Assembly (NCBI GenBank): GCA_019038695.1
Contig: JAHOYZ010000006.1
Span: 17,112-81,111 of the forward strand
DNA: 64,000 nucleotides
Source of the DNA: Candidatus Zixiibacteriota bacterium
Lineage (GTDB): Bacteria > Zixibacteria > MSB-5A5 > GN15 > FEB-12
Direction: 5' to 3'
Shown here: positions 9,501-15,680 of the stretch, piece after piece
Layout: each line of letters starts with the position of its first letter
Numbering within the stretch: the stretch's first letter is position 1
Made by a program: the position numbers and the translations under genes
Notes under the pieces: generated by a model
What the model saw: only the letters and a program-made list of their open reading frames with translations
What the model was told of the DNA's origin: nothing
Databases searched by the model: none

Positions 9501-10301
9501 TGTCTGTCGCTTGGTGCCGCTATCGGAGTTGACTCTTACATTCACACCCAGCGCGTTGCCACCAGCGTCGAAGCGCTGCACAAAGATATCATCATTGCCC
9601 AATCGATCATCATACCACGTTACTACAAACCATCCTGCCGCCGCAGTCGAGACGCGCGGCGAATGCTGCTGTGCTGTGCCGCCATCATCATTGACCACAA
9701 AACTACTGCCAAGCAACGATCCATCCGATCCAATAAGCTGACCAAAGATATCCCAGTTACCACTTTGCCGATCGGCCCAGACCACTACTCCGGCACCCCA
9801 GGCCGAGAGCGAAATGTCGGGATTCTCCCGACTCCATGCCTGATAACCCGGCGTGACATTGGTATTACCACCTACCGGTGTGACACTGGTATCAAGCGGC
9901 ACATAGAAAATGTCCGGATTACTGGGGTATCCATCCGTCCGGAAATCCTGCCACACTGCCCCATACTGGCTCGACAAATCGACTGCCAGGGACGGCTGCG
10001 CCTGCCACTCAGGAGGAAGATCATCATTGATCTTGATATTGTCATTGATCGGAAAGCCCGCCGTGTCGAACCGTTGAAGGTACACATCGTTGGCACCCTC
10101 TCGTTTGTCGGTCCAAACAATAGCAAAGCTGCCATCGGGTGCAACCGCAATGCGAGGATCATTTTGTTCCACAGCACCGCCATCGGTATTGACTATGAAG
10201 TCGGTTCGGTCGGCTTGAGATGTTTCACACAGAAACAATGAAAACGCCGCCAGTGAGATCGCGGCTACCGTTCTTACTCTTAACTTGACGCTATCAGTCA
10301 C
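6546..10301 (-). CDS. Scaffoldin-like surface protein: 7-repeat propeller-like region, three Ig/BACON-like modules, three cohesin-like modules and a T9SS C-terminal sorting domain
   Basis: GTG start 6 nt after GGAGA, followed by a signal peptide. aa 46-412 hold seven ~52-aa repeats (P.[IV]A....G.F.[IV]VW.D.R.G..DI[FY].Q.F). aa 412-710 hold three Ig-like modules (VSPTSLDFE..., W.A.....W......SG...). aa 711-1146 hold three tandem 145-aa modules. aa ~1160-1251 read LGQNYPNPFNAGTVIDYEL...SGIYFYRL...KMALVR. Confidence 0.7.
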   Translation of the reverse strand: MTDSVKLRVRTVAAISLAAFSLFLCETSQADRTDFIVNTDGGAVEQNDPRIAVAPDGSFAIVWTDKREGANDVYLQRFDTAGFPINDNIKINDDLPPEWQAQPSLAVDLSSQYGAVWQDFRTDGYPSNPDIFYVPLDTSVTPVGGNTNVTPGYQAWSRENPDISLSAWGAGVVVWADRQSGNWDIFGQLIGSDGSLLGSSFVVNDDGGTAQQHSPRVSTAAAGWFVVTWYDDRLGNDDIFVQRFDAGGNALGVNVRVNSDSGTKRQTFPDVATDGEGNFTVVWLDYRNGAYPSNPDIYGAKFDTNMTSATGNMRLNTDTTTRAQKYPAIGADRMGNVGIVWSDSTSPTWRIMGQMIDVDGLVREVDFVADTSGDSTKMKPDIALDGTHRYVTWVDRRNGNYDIFASIARYNDPELVVSPTSLDFEMEHGGGVPPVQYVSVEHAGYNRLGFKAFSYNNWISITPPAGETPDSVGVTMASDTLISGTYIGTIMFIDTINHDSSALVAVRLEVESAVLELSAASVSVTTLEGMDTTVTCSVEITNVGVGILDWNASESVSWVELTESSGTAPSTLEVQVNSIGMSAGNYAAAVTIESYGADNSPATLYVLLSVRNDIPLIHVEPQTMSLSSHEPGVLDTFVVLENHGGGVADWEAFPQHDWLVLDHYQGANDDVVVLSIDPSGLVPGTWDTYVDFVDGSAFNGSTRLDLELEYIEDFVDTVGTSPTNVAPYAEGTTAITIVATSNVAELFVPYHYDPTAIVVDSFVFGSGLPLHMDKIYQDDVAQAAFSIRLTSMIPDMSLGLGDYLLGNVYFTAVTDGVTTSLDTLNNDSLYPRIETVSGTMRTPVTISGDIQIEELIEPDYADTVRIAPANLLPFEHGSAQMSLSVTSDLYELFVPYSYNPNAIVVDSFVFSSSLPVFMDNSHQIDTETAMLSIEIASMIPGFFVGPGQYVVGEVYFTAVDNGLTTSLNTVNNSLLYPYTISVYGTELTPTTINGTIQIEKLIEPDFVDTVRIEPTNVVPDEQGVALMTLSVISQISELFLPYHYTQTEMVVDSFVFGSSLPAFMDQTYSINEGEQLFSLSFSSTDSEEYLASGNYILGEVHFTAVGDGITTGLDKYDNGSVYPYIMTFLGSELTPITINGEIEISSSTPVYGTVPDQLPQEVSLGQNYPNPFNAGTVIDYELPRRGLVRLEVYNILGRLVDVLVNDVHSAGCHSVSWDAQIDGGHEAPSGIYFYRLVGENFTAVGKMALVR
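6549..6824 (-). other. T9SS type-A C-terminal sorting domain (Por_Secre_tail-like) of the 1251-aa protein
   Basis: QNYPNPFN......I.Y.L......V.L.VYN.LGR.V..L.......G.H...WD......SGIYFYRL matches the hallmark of TIGR04183-type CTDs. Confidence 0.75.
6864..8171 (-). repeat. Three in-frame tandem 435-bp (145-aa) coding repeats (cohesin-like modules)
   Basis: The repeats cover aa 711-855, 856-1000 and 1001-1146. Each begins IE[DP]D[FY].DTV and contains ELF[VL]PY.Y.....[IM]VVDSFVF[GS]S[GS]LP and G.Y.[LV]G[NE]V[YH]FTAV..G.TT.L. Each ends P.TI.G.I[QE]I[ES]. The copies are diverged, with many substitutions. Confidence 0.85.
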
Positions 10302-10438
10302 CTGATTTCTCCTATTTGTGCGTCGCTCGACACATCCTGTTGCTCACTGATTATGTCGGCAGGAGTGTGCAAAAACTAAACAGGGGGACGGAGCCCCTTT
10401 CATGAGCGCTGAAAGTGGTTCAGGATGAGACGGTTGTT

Positions 10439-10509
10439 GTAGGGCAGTACCCCCTTGGTGGTTCTGCCAACCCTAGTTACCGGAACCACTAAGAAGGGTT
10501 CCAGCCCAC
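10439..10509. repeat. REP/REPIN-like inverted pair of GT[AG]G-headed hairpin elements
   Basis: The + copy (10439-10470) is GTAGGGCAGTACCCCCTTGGTGGTTCTGCCAA. The - copy (10480-10509, read on the minus strand) is GTGGGCTGGAACCCTTCTTAGTGGTTCCGG. Both match copies at 40454-40561. Confidence 0.6.
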
Positions 10510-10514
10510 GCGAC

Positions 10515-10558
10515 CCAAACAAAGAAAACGGCCACCCCTCTTGAAAGGGATGGCCGTT
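10515..10558 (-). terminator. Rho-independent terminator downstream of the 157-aa dockerin gene
   Basis: The minus strand reads AACGGCCATCCCTT-TCAA-GAGGGGTGGCCGTT, a 14-bp stem including two G-U pairs. It is followed by TTCTTTGTTTGGG. Confidence 0.8.
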
Positions 10559-10588
10559 GCCAATTTATCAAAGCGTTTGTAGGTGTTC

Positions 10589-11062
10589 CTAAGGACATGC
10601 CGCCGGTTCTGGACCACCTGTGAACAGGTACGAAACGAGATAGGTCAGGTCAGCTATATTGATCTCGCCATCGCCGTTTATGTCAGCTTCTTCCATGCAC
10701 AGAGGATCCGGCCCTCCAGTGAACAGATAGGACACAAGGTAAGTCAGATCAGCGATGTTGATTTCATCGGGCATTACGTAGTCGACATTGCCGCGCGTTG
10801 GCGGAACGCAACAGGTCGTACTCCCACTGCCGAAATCCTGCCAGAAGCCGTGACTGACGCCATAACTGGTAGAAATGCCTCCCCCTACCGCAGTCTGTCC
10901 TACCGTGCCGTTGAGCACATAGCTTGTCGAAGTGCCTTTGGCACCGCCAGACGAGATTACCTGCCAGTTTATTTCTTCACCAGTCATCGTGTCGGACAGC
11001 GCCACGCCGAATAGTAAGAGAAGCCCGAGGAGGATAGTGTGTTTATTGGCTATACGTTTCAT
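10589..11062 (-). CDS. Small secreted dockerin-tagged protein
   Basis: Signal peptide MKRIANKHTILLGLLLLFGVALS. The N-terminal domain has a duplicated S.SY...G motif (INWQVISSGG...GTVGQTAVGG...HGFWQDF). The C-terminus reads CCVPPTRGNVDYVMPDEINIADLTYLVSYLFTGGPDPLCMEEADINGDGEINIADLTYLVSYLFTGGPEPAACP. Confidence 0.7.
   Translation of the reverse strand: MKRIANKHTILLGLLLLFGVALSDTMTGEEINWQVISSGGAKGTSTSYVLNGTVGQTAVGGGISTSYGVSHGFWQDFGSGSTTCCVPPTRGNVDYVMPDEINIADLTYLVSYLFTGGPDPLCMEEADINGDGEINIADLTYLVSYLFTGGPEPAACP
10592..10813 (-). other. Dockerin-like module (two EF-hand loop + helix segments, Cys-bracketed)
   Basis: The second segment, DINGDGEINIAD, fits the D.N.DG.I...D calcium loop and is followed by the helix LTYLVSYLF. 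The first segment is degenerate (NVDYVMPDEINIAD). Confidence 0.65.
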
Positions 11063-13440
11063 TATCTATCCTCTCTATCTTCGTAACTTTCAAGGATTTC
11101 TTTGTTCTGCTCATAATGGATTTGCATGCTCTCATCCAAATCGAACGCAGTTGGGTGCAGATACAATCCTATTTCTTTATCCGGCTTGCTGATTTCGTTC
11201 AGCATCCGGTTGGATTTGGCAAAGGCATCTTTACGAATACCGGTAACCTGCCAGGAGACCTCGATAAACGACTTATCGGTCTTAATAACAAATTTGTTGC
11301 CGTTGATTTTCTCGGCGACAATTGCCTGTGCAAAGGTACCGATAACAGTTAATTGGTAACGATAGTTATCGTTCAAGGCCTCAAAATAATCGGGAAGAGT
11401 TACCGTTGCTTCACCACTCCCATCAGTTGTAACGTTACCATTATAGATATTCATCATCTCCGGTGATACAACATCACTGTGAATCAGATACTGGTTTTTC
11501 GGATCAAGCGGGTGATCGATTTTAAAACCACTGCTGGCGGCCGATGAAAATCCGGTCACTTCCACATCGCCGTCAAAATACCCGGCGTAACTTCCCGGAC
11601 TCTTTACATGCCCCGGAGTAAAATAACCTCCATAATTATTAGCGGAAGCATAGGATGCGGACCCGAAAATACCATAGGCAGTAACTCCTCCGTATGCATT
11701 TGTTTTTATGCCATATGAATTGCCTGCCGTATTGCTGACGCCACCGGCAAAGAATCTCCCCGCATATCTATCGCCGGAACTTGCGTTGGCGTTGTCTACA
11801 CTGGAAAATATACCATATATTGTCCCGGAGGTCGCAACGTTTTTCGAATATAAATCGAAGACATATCTGGTGCTGATTGTGTTGTATTCCCTTTCCAAGG
11901 ATAACAAGTATGACGCTGACGGGAAGCCGTTATCACCCATTCTAATACCGTAGCTGGTGACTCTCATTGAGCTGTCGCCGAAAACGGCTGTACCGTCGAA
12001 TGTTTTAGTACCGGTGATCGTTTGCGTGGAAGAAAGATTGACCGCCGTGCCGCTTATTTTGGCGATTCCAATATTGGCGGAGCTATTGATATCTTCATCT
12101 AGTATGGAGTTGTTAGCAATTTCAGCGGAGTAAACGGCGCTTATTGCTATTTCACTGGAACCGACAGCATCGGCGTCAATATCAGCTTGAGTGATACTGT
12201 TGTTAGCAATTTCGCTCGTACCAACGGCACCGGCGGCAATTTCTGCGCCACCAACACCATCGGTCGCAATGTCATTGGCAGTGATTGAATTGTCAATAAT
12301 CTCCCCGCTACCGACGGCGTTGATGGCAATTTCACTTGGGCCAACCGCATTGGCAGCAATGTCTTTAGCAGCGATTGAATTATCTATAATCTCCACGCTA
12401 CCAACGGCGTTGGTGGCGATTTCGGCAACGCCGACACCATCAGTTGCAATATCAGCTTGAGTGATACTGTTGTCATCAATTTCACTTGAGCCAACCGCAT
12501 CGGCAGCAATATGAGTCGCGGTAATATCGTCAGTGCCAACATACAAGGATACATCACCGGATGTTCCGCCGCCCGACAGGCCCGAACCGGCAGTAACGGC
12601 GGTAATATCGCCACCAGAGTTGTCATCAACACCATCGGCAAACCCGGGCGGAACGTTGGTCAGATTGTTCCAATCAGTATCAACATCATCGGTGCCGTCG
12701 GCAAACCCGGGCGGTACGTTGGTCAGATTGTTCCAATCGGTATCAACATCATCAGTGCCATCGGCAAACCCGGGCGGTACGTTGGTCAAATTGTTCCAAT
12801 CAGTATCAACATCATCGGTGCCGTCGGCAAACCCAGCTGGAACGTTGGTCAAATCGTTCCAATCGGAGTTAACATCATCGGTTCCGTCGGCAAACCCGGG
12901 CGGTACGTTGGTCAAATTGTTCCAATCGGTGTCAACATCGTCACCGTCAGCAATATCAGCCGGAATCCCGGTTAGATTACTCCATTCCAAATAATATGAT
13001 GCTGCCTGGCTGTTGAGATTTCCAGAATTATCCGCATAATCGGCCGAGTCGGATCGTAAAGCCTTATAGGCATAAGGAACGGTTATCAAATGAACGCGCG
13101 GACTGATTTCCGGGTCAGCGCCAACAGTGATGCCAAGGTAGCGGATGGTATCAGTTTTGAAAAGATCATCCGGCAGGTGTGCCGCTGAACCAAGCTGATG
13201 AGTAAACAGTCCTCCTGCTACCGGAACAGCTTGAATACCGCTCCACCAAAGCGAATCATCGCTTGAATCACTCCCATAGATTTTGAATTTAATAAAATAA
13301 GTGTCGTCCGCTACTGGTGTTCCGGTGTCATTAGTCAGGTAACCCTGATAGTTGATCATCTGCGGCACATCGGCCACGGTGAGTGATGCTTTGACCAGAA
13401 AGCCGAGCATCAGGATGATTGTTATTAGGAATCTGTTCAT
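11062..13440 (-). CDS. Tail-fibre-like repeat-rich secreted protein
   Basis: ATG follows GGAGGAAC, and a signal peptide is present. N-terminus reads INYQGYLTNDTGTPV...LWW. There are six 21-aa repeats W[NS][ND]LT[NG][VI]P.[GD][FI]ADG.DDV.[TS]D and fourteen exact-register decapeptides (IA..AVG..E / I.[DN]NSI...D). The C-terminal domain reads DHPLDPKNQYLIHSDVVSPEMMNIYNG...YRYQLTVIG...VSWQVTGIRKD. Its stop overlaps the next gene's start (TAATG). Confidence 0.6.
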   Translation of the reverse strand: MNRFLITIILMLGFLVKASLTVADVPQMINYQGYLTNDTGTPVADDTYFIKFKIYGSDSSDDSLWWSGIQAVPVAGGLFTHQLGSAAHLPDDLFKTDTIRYLGITVGADPEISPRVHLITVPYAYKALRSDSADYADNSGNLNSQAASYYLEWSNLTGIPADIADGDDVDTDWNNLTNVPPGFADGTDDVNSDWNDLTNVPAGFADGTDDVDTDWNNLTNVPPGFADGTDDVDTDWNNLTNVPPGFADGTDDVDTDWNNLTNVPPGFADGVDDNSGGDITAVTAGSGLSGGGTSGDVSLYVGTDDITATHIAADAVGSSEIDDNSITQADIATDGVGVAEIATNAVGSVEIIDNSIAAKDIAANAVGPSEIAINAVGSGEIIDNSITANDIATDGVGGAEIAAGAVGTSEIANNSITQADIDADAVGSSEIAISAVYSAEIANNSILDEDINSSANIGIAKISGTAVNLSSTQTITGTKTFDGTAVFGDSSMRVTSYGIRMGDNGFPSASYLLSLEREYNTISTRYVFDLYSKNVATSGTIYGIFSSVDNANASSGDRYAGRFFAGGVSNTAGNSYGIKTNAYGGVTAYGIFGSASYASANNYGGYFTPGHVKSPGSYAGYFDGDVEVTGFSSAASSGFKIDHPLDPKNQYLIHSDVVSPEMMNIYNGNVTTDGSGEATVTLPDYFEALNDNYRYQLTVIGTFAQAIVAEKINGNKFVIKTDKSFIEVSWQVTGIRKDAFAKSNRMLNEISKPDKEIGLYLHPTAFDLDESMQIHYEQNKEILESYEDREDR
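12091..12510 (-). repeat. 14 x 30-bp coding periodicity (decapeptide repeats)
   Basis: aa 311-450 of the 792-aa protein fall into exact 10-residue register, alternating IA..AVG..E and I.DNSI...D units. Confidence 0.8.
12610..12984 (-). repeat. Six tandem 63-bp (21-aa) coding repeats
   Basis: The core runs five near-identical head-to-tail 63-bp units from 12637 to 12951 (ggcaaacccgggcggtacgttggtca[ga]attgttccaatc.gtatcaacatcatc.gtgcc.tc). A degenerate copy sits at each end. Confidence 0.9.
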
Positions 13441-13910
13441 GTTGTTCCTCCGTTAATTTTATCCTGGATATCGTATTATTGTTATCATAACCGCTCTGCT
13501 TGCCAGTCTTTGATCCTGCGACCAACAAAAACCATACCAAATATGAATGTTCTAATCTGAGGAATGCGGTAGGCTCGGATTATCGCCTATGCATGCATAC
13601 TCGACTTTCGCTTCTACGCCATTTCGAAAGTCACCTCGTCGCGTTCCAATGCTATATAATAAGCAGAAATTGGCATTTTGGCAAGGCACGAGTTGTCATT
13701 TGGGGGATATCCGAGAGCAATGCCTCTGTCCACGTAGAAGGTGGACTATGGTGCTTACAAATGCGTTGCCGGCAGACAAGAGAGGTGGACTTGCCCGATT
13801 GATCGTAGATCGCCACCGCGCAATTTACTCAGTATATCCTTCATTTGTTTTCGCTCACATTGTTATTGTGATTCGCTTGTTGAGTCGTTCTTGTCCTTCC
13901 AGTTCCACCA

Positions 13911-14837
13911 TTACTTTGTGTCGAGAATCGCGACACGACCTCTCCACGGTAGCCTGATGACCAGAATGGCCATCAGCAAGTAAGTCACTACAGATACAAC
14001 TGAGGCTTCCATCCCAAAACTACCTCCAGTGACAAATTCGTTTCCTGTAAGCTCAACTTCGAACAAACCGGCTTCCGCCTCCTTACCACTCATAGTGATT
14101 CCCATTATCCCTTTCAAACAGAAGTTCCACGCCACATGAAACCCGACTGGTAACCACAGAGACTGGCTCCTGATATACAGAGCAACAAAAAGGAAACTGA
14201 CTGCGACACCCGCCACGATTATCCATAAGGCGTCCCCGATTGTGATGCTGCCCAGCTTACCGATAACGTGCGCCGCTCCAAAATAGACTCCACCGATGAT
14301 TGCCGCAACAATCCAGCCATATCGTATTGCGATTTCTCGAACCGCCATACCCCGGAAAACAACTTCTTCTGCGATTCCAGTAAACATCGCCATACACGCG
14401 TAGCCTATGAAGACCGCTATCGCTTCTTTGGATTGCAGCGGGTTGGGCGACCAGCCAAGCTCCGCACAACCCAATAGCTTAAGAACCAGGATAACGGCAA
14501 ACGGTAGAAGCAACCCCAGGCTCAAACCATAGAGGAGATACTTGAAGTCGAATCGCAGACGCATCCACTCAAAGCTTCTTCGCCACAAGAATTTAGTGAC
14601 TAGGAATACAAGTGGAATTCCTATGACGACAGCAGCCAGAGCAATGACCAGATCGGTCTGATAGCTCGTGAACTCCCCACTCATGATTGCCCCAAAACTT
14701 ACGCCACTCGTCCTGGCTACGACGATAGCCCCCACATACTGGTACATATTCATCAGTATATATAGCCCGAAACTCCACAAAACGACAAGGAGGGCATTCC
14801 TGGGTACGATATTACTTGTATTCACTATGTTCCTCAT
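13911..14837 (-). CDS. CPBP family intramembrane glutamic endopeptidase (CAAX protease/Abi family)
   Basis: Multi-pass membrane protein with motif 1 GIAEEVVFRG (EE...R), motif 2 FGAAHV (F...H) and motif 3 HVAWNF (H...N). The ORF opens at TTG 14879. ATG 14837 (MRNIVNT..., after AGGAAG) seems more plausible because a terminator ends about 10 nt upstream of 14879. Confidence 0.8.
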   Translation of the reverse strand: MRNIVNTSNIVPRNALLVVLWSFGLYILMNMYQYVGAIVVARTSGVSFGAIMSGEFTSYQTDLVIALAAVVIGIPLVFLVTKFLWRRSFEWMRLRFDFKYLLYGLSLGLLLPFAVILVLKLLGCAELGWSPNPLQSKEAIAVFIGYACMAMFTGIAEEVVFRGMAVREIAIRYGWIVAAIIGGVYFGAAHVIGKLGSITIGDALWIIVAGVAVSFLFVALYIRSQSLWLPVGFHVAWNFCLKGIMGITMSGKEAEAGLFEVELTGNEFVTGGSFGMEASVVSVVTYLLMAILVIRLPWRGRVAILDTK

Positions 14838-14888
14838 ACTTCCTATATCATTCTCAGCAACATAATCTTGGGGATTCAAACACGATTA

Positions 14889-14923
14889 GACAACAACAAA
14901 AGGCCCGCCACGTGTGGCGGGCC
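14889..14923 (-). terminator. Rho-independent terminator after the HU/bS22-like pair
   Basis: Perfect palindrome GGCCCGCCAC-GT-GTGGCGGGCC (14902-14923), followed on the minus strand by TTTTGTTGTTGT. Confidence 0.75.
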
Positions 14924-15071
14924 AATATGGAAAATCTATGCCGTTTGTCTATAAGTCAATTCATCCACGCCCACACAGTCGGCGTTGACGAGTACATTTA
15001 CAATACGGAGGCTATGTAGAAGGCCCCGGGCGGCATTCGCAAGAAGATACCCGCATCCCAGGTCCGTGTTA

Positions 15072-15167
15072 CTATACCTTTTTCTTCTTGTGGCGGTTGG
15101 CGCGTCTGCGCTTTTTCCGCTTGTGCGTCTTGATCTTCAAACGTTTGCGTTTCTTACCGCTGGGCAT
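15072..15167 (-). CDS. 31-aa lysine/arginine-rich peptide, probable ribosomal protein bS22 (AURKAIP1/COX24-like)
   Basis: Not in the ORF track. The minus strand reads ATG CCC AGC GGT AAG AAA CGC AAA CGT ... AAG GTA TAG, giving MPSGKKRKRLKIKTHKRKKRRRANRHKKKKV. GGAGG lies upstream (ggaggtttgATG). It sits 31 nt downstream of the HU gene. The MPSGKKRKR..K..THKRKKR.R.NRHKKK pattern is as I recall it from Bacteroidota bS22. Confidence 0.55.
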   Translation of the reverse strand: MPSGKKRKRLKIKTHKRKKRRRANRHKKKKV

Positions 15168-15198
15168 CAAACCTCCGTAGCATTGGGATGTTAGGGCC

Positions 15199-15483
15199 TC
15201 ATATGGCCAATTTCGTAATCATGTTCTTAAATTCATTGGACGGCTTGAAGACCGGAACCTTACGGTCGGGAACCGGCACAACTTCGCCAGTACGTGGGTT
15301 GCGAGCCTTACGTGCTTTCCGCAGCTTGACTTTGAATGTCCCGAATCCACGAATCTCGATGTTGTGGCCACTCTCCAGCGACTTCTTCACAGTGTCGAGA
15401 AACGAGTCGACAACCACGGCCACGTCGGTTCTGGTGAGTCCAGTTTTTTCGGCAACTCTTTCGACCAAATCAGCCTTTGTCAC
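15199..15483 (-). CDS. HU/IHF family DNA-binding protein
   Basis: MTKADLVERVAEKTGLTRTDV...IEIRGFGTFKV..RKAR.ARNPRTGE.V.VP...V..FKPS. GTG start after GGAGG. Confidence 0.9.
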   Translation of the reverse strand: MTKADLVERVAEKTGLTRTDVAVVVDSFLDTVKKSLESGHNIEIRGFGTFKVKLRKARKARNPRTGEVVPVPDRKVPVFKPSNEFKNMITKLAI

Positions 15484-15680
15484 GACATCCTCCCTCTCAG
15501 GTTATATCCGTTCTCTCTTTCATTCACAATCGTCATCAGCCTTCCATGCCATTAACCCGTCGAAACGAGAATTCCCATCCGGGCGAGTTAAGCCCTTGGG
15601 GGCTGTTAAGATACATCAAAATAAAGAAAAGGAAAGGAAAAAGTGAAAGTCAACTGTTTTTTGGCATCTTCCACAATCTC

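Noticed and set aside
9138-10241. 367-aa plus-strand ORF (and several 70-110-aa ORFs) antisense to the 1251-aa surface-protein gene
   Set aside because: It is Arg/Ile/Cys-rich low-information sequence with no SD and no recognisable motif. It lies fully inside a minus-strand gene that has strong periodic domain structure, so it is a typical antisense shadow ORF.
12610-12984. Regular 63-bp direct repeats that could be mistaken for a CRISPR array
   Set aside because: The repeats are contiguous, with no unique spacers. They are in frame within a long ORF and encode a conserved 21-aa peptide unit. No cas genes or leader are present.
12511-12994. Two overlapping ~153-aa plus-strand ORFs with their own internal repeats
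   Set aside because: They are the antisense read-through of the 63-bp coding repeats of the 792-aa gene, so their repeats are inherited from the opposite strand. The sense frame has a signal peptide, an SD and coherent domains.
11062-13440. Tail-fibre-like protein as a sign of a prophage or contractile injection system
   Set aside because: No capsid, portal, terminase, sheath, baseplate, integrase or att-like repeats occur anywhere in the 64 kb. The neighbours are cellular surface and housekeeping genes.
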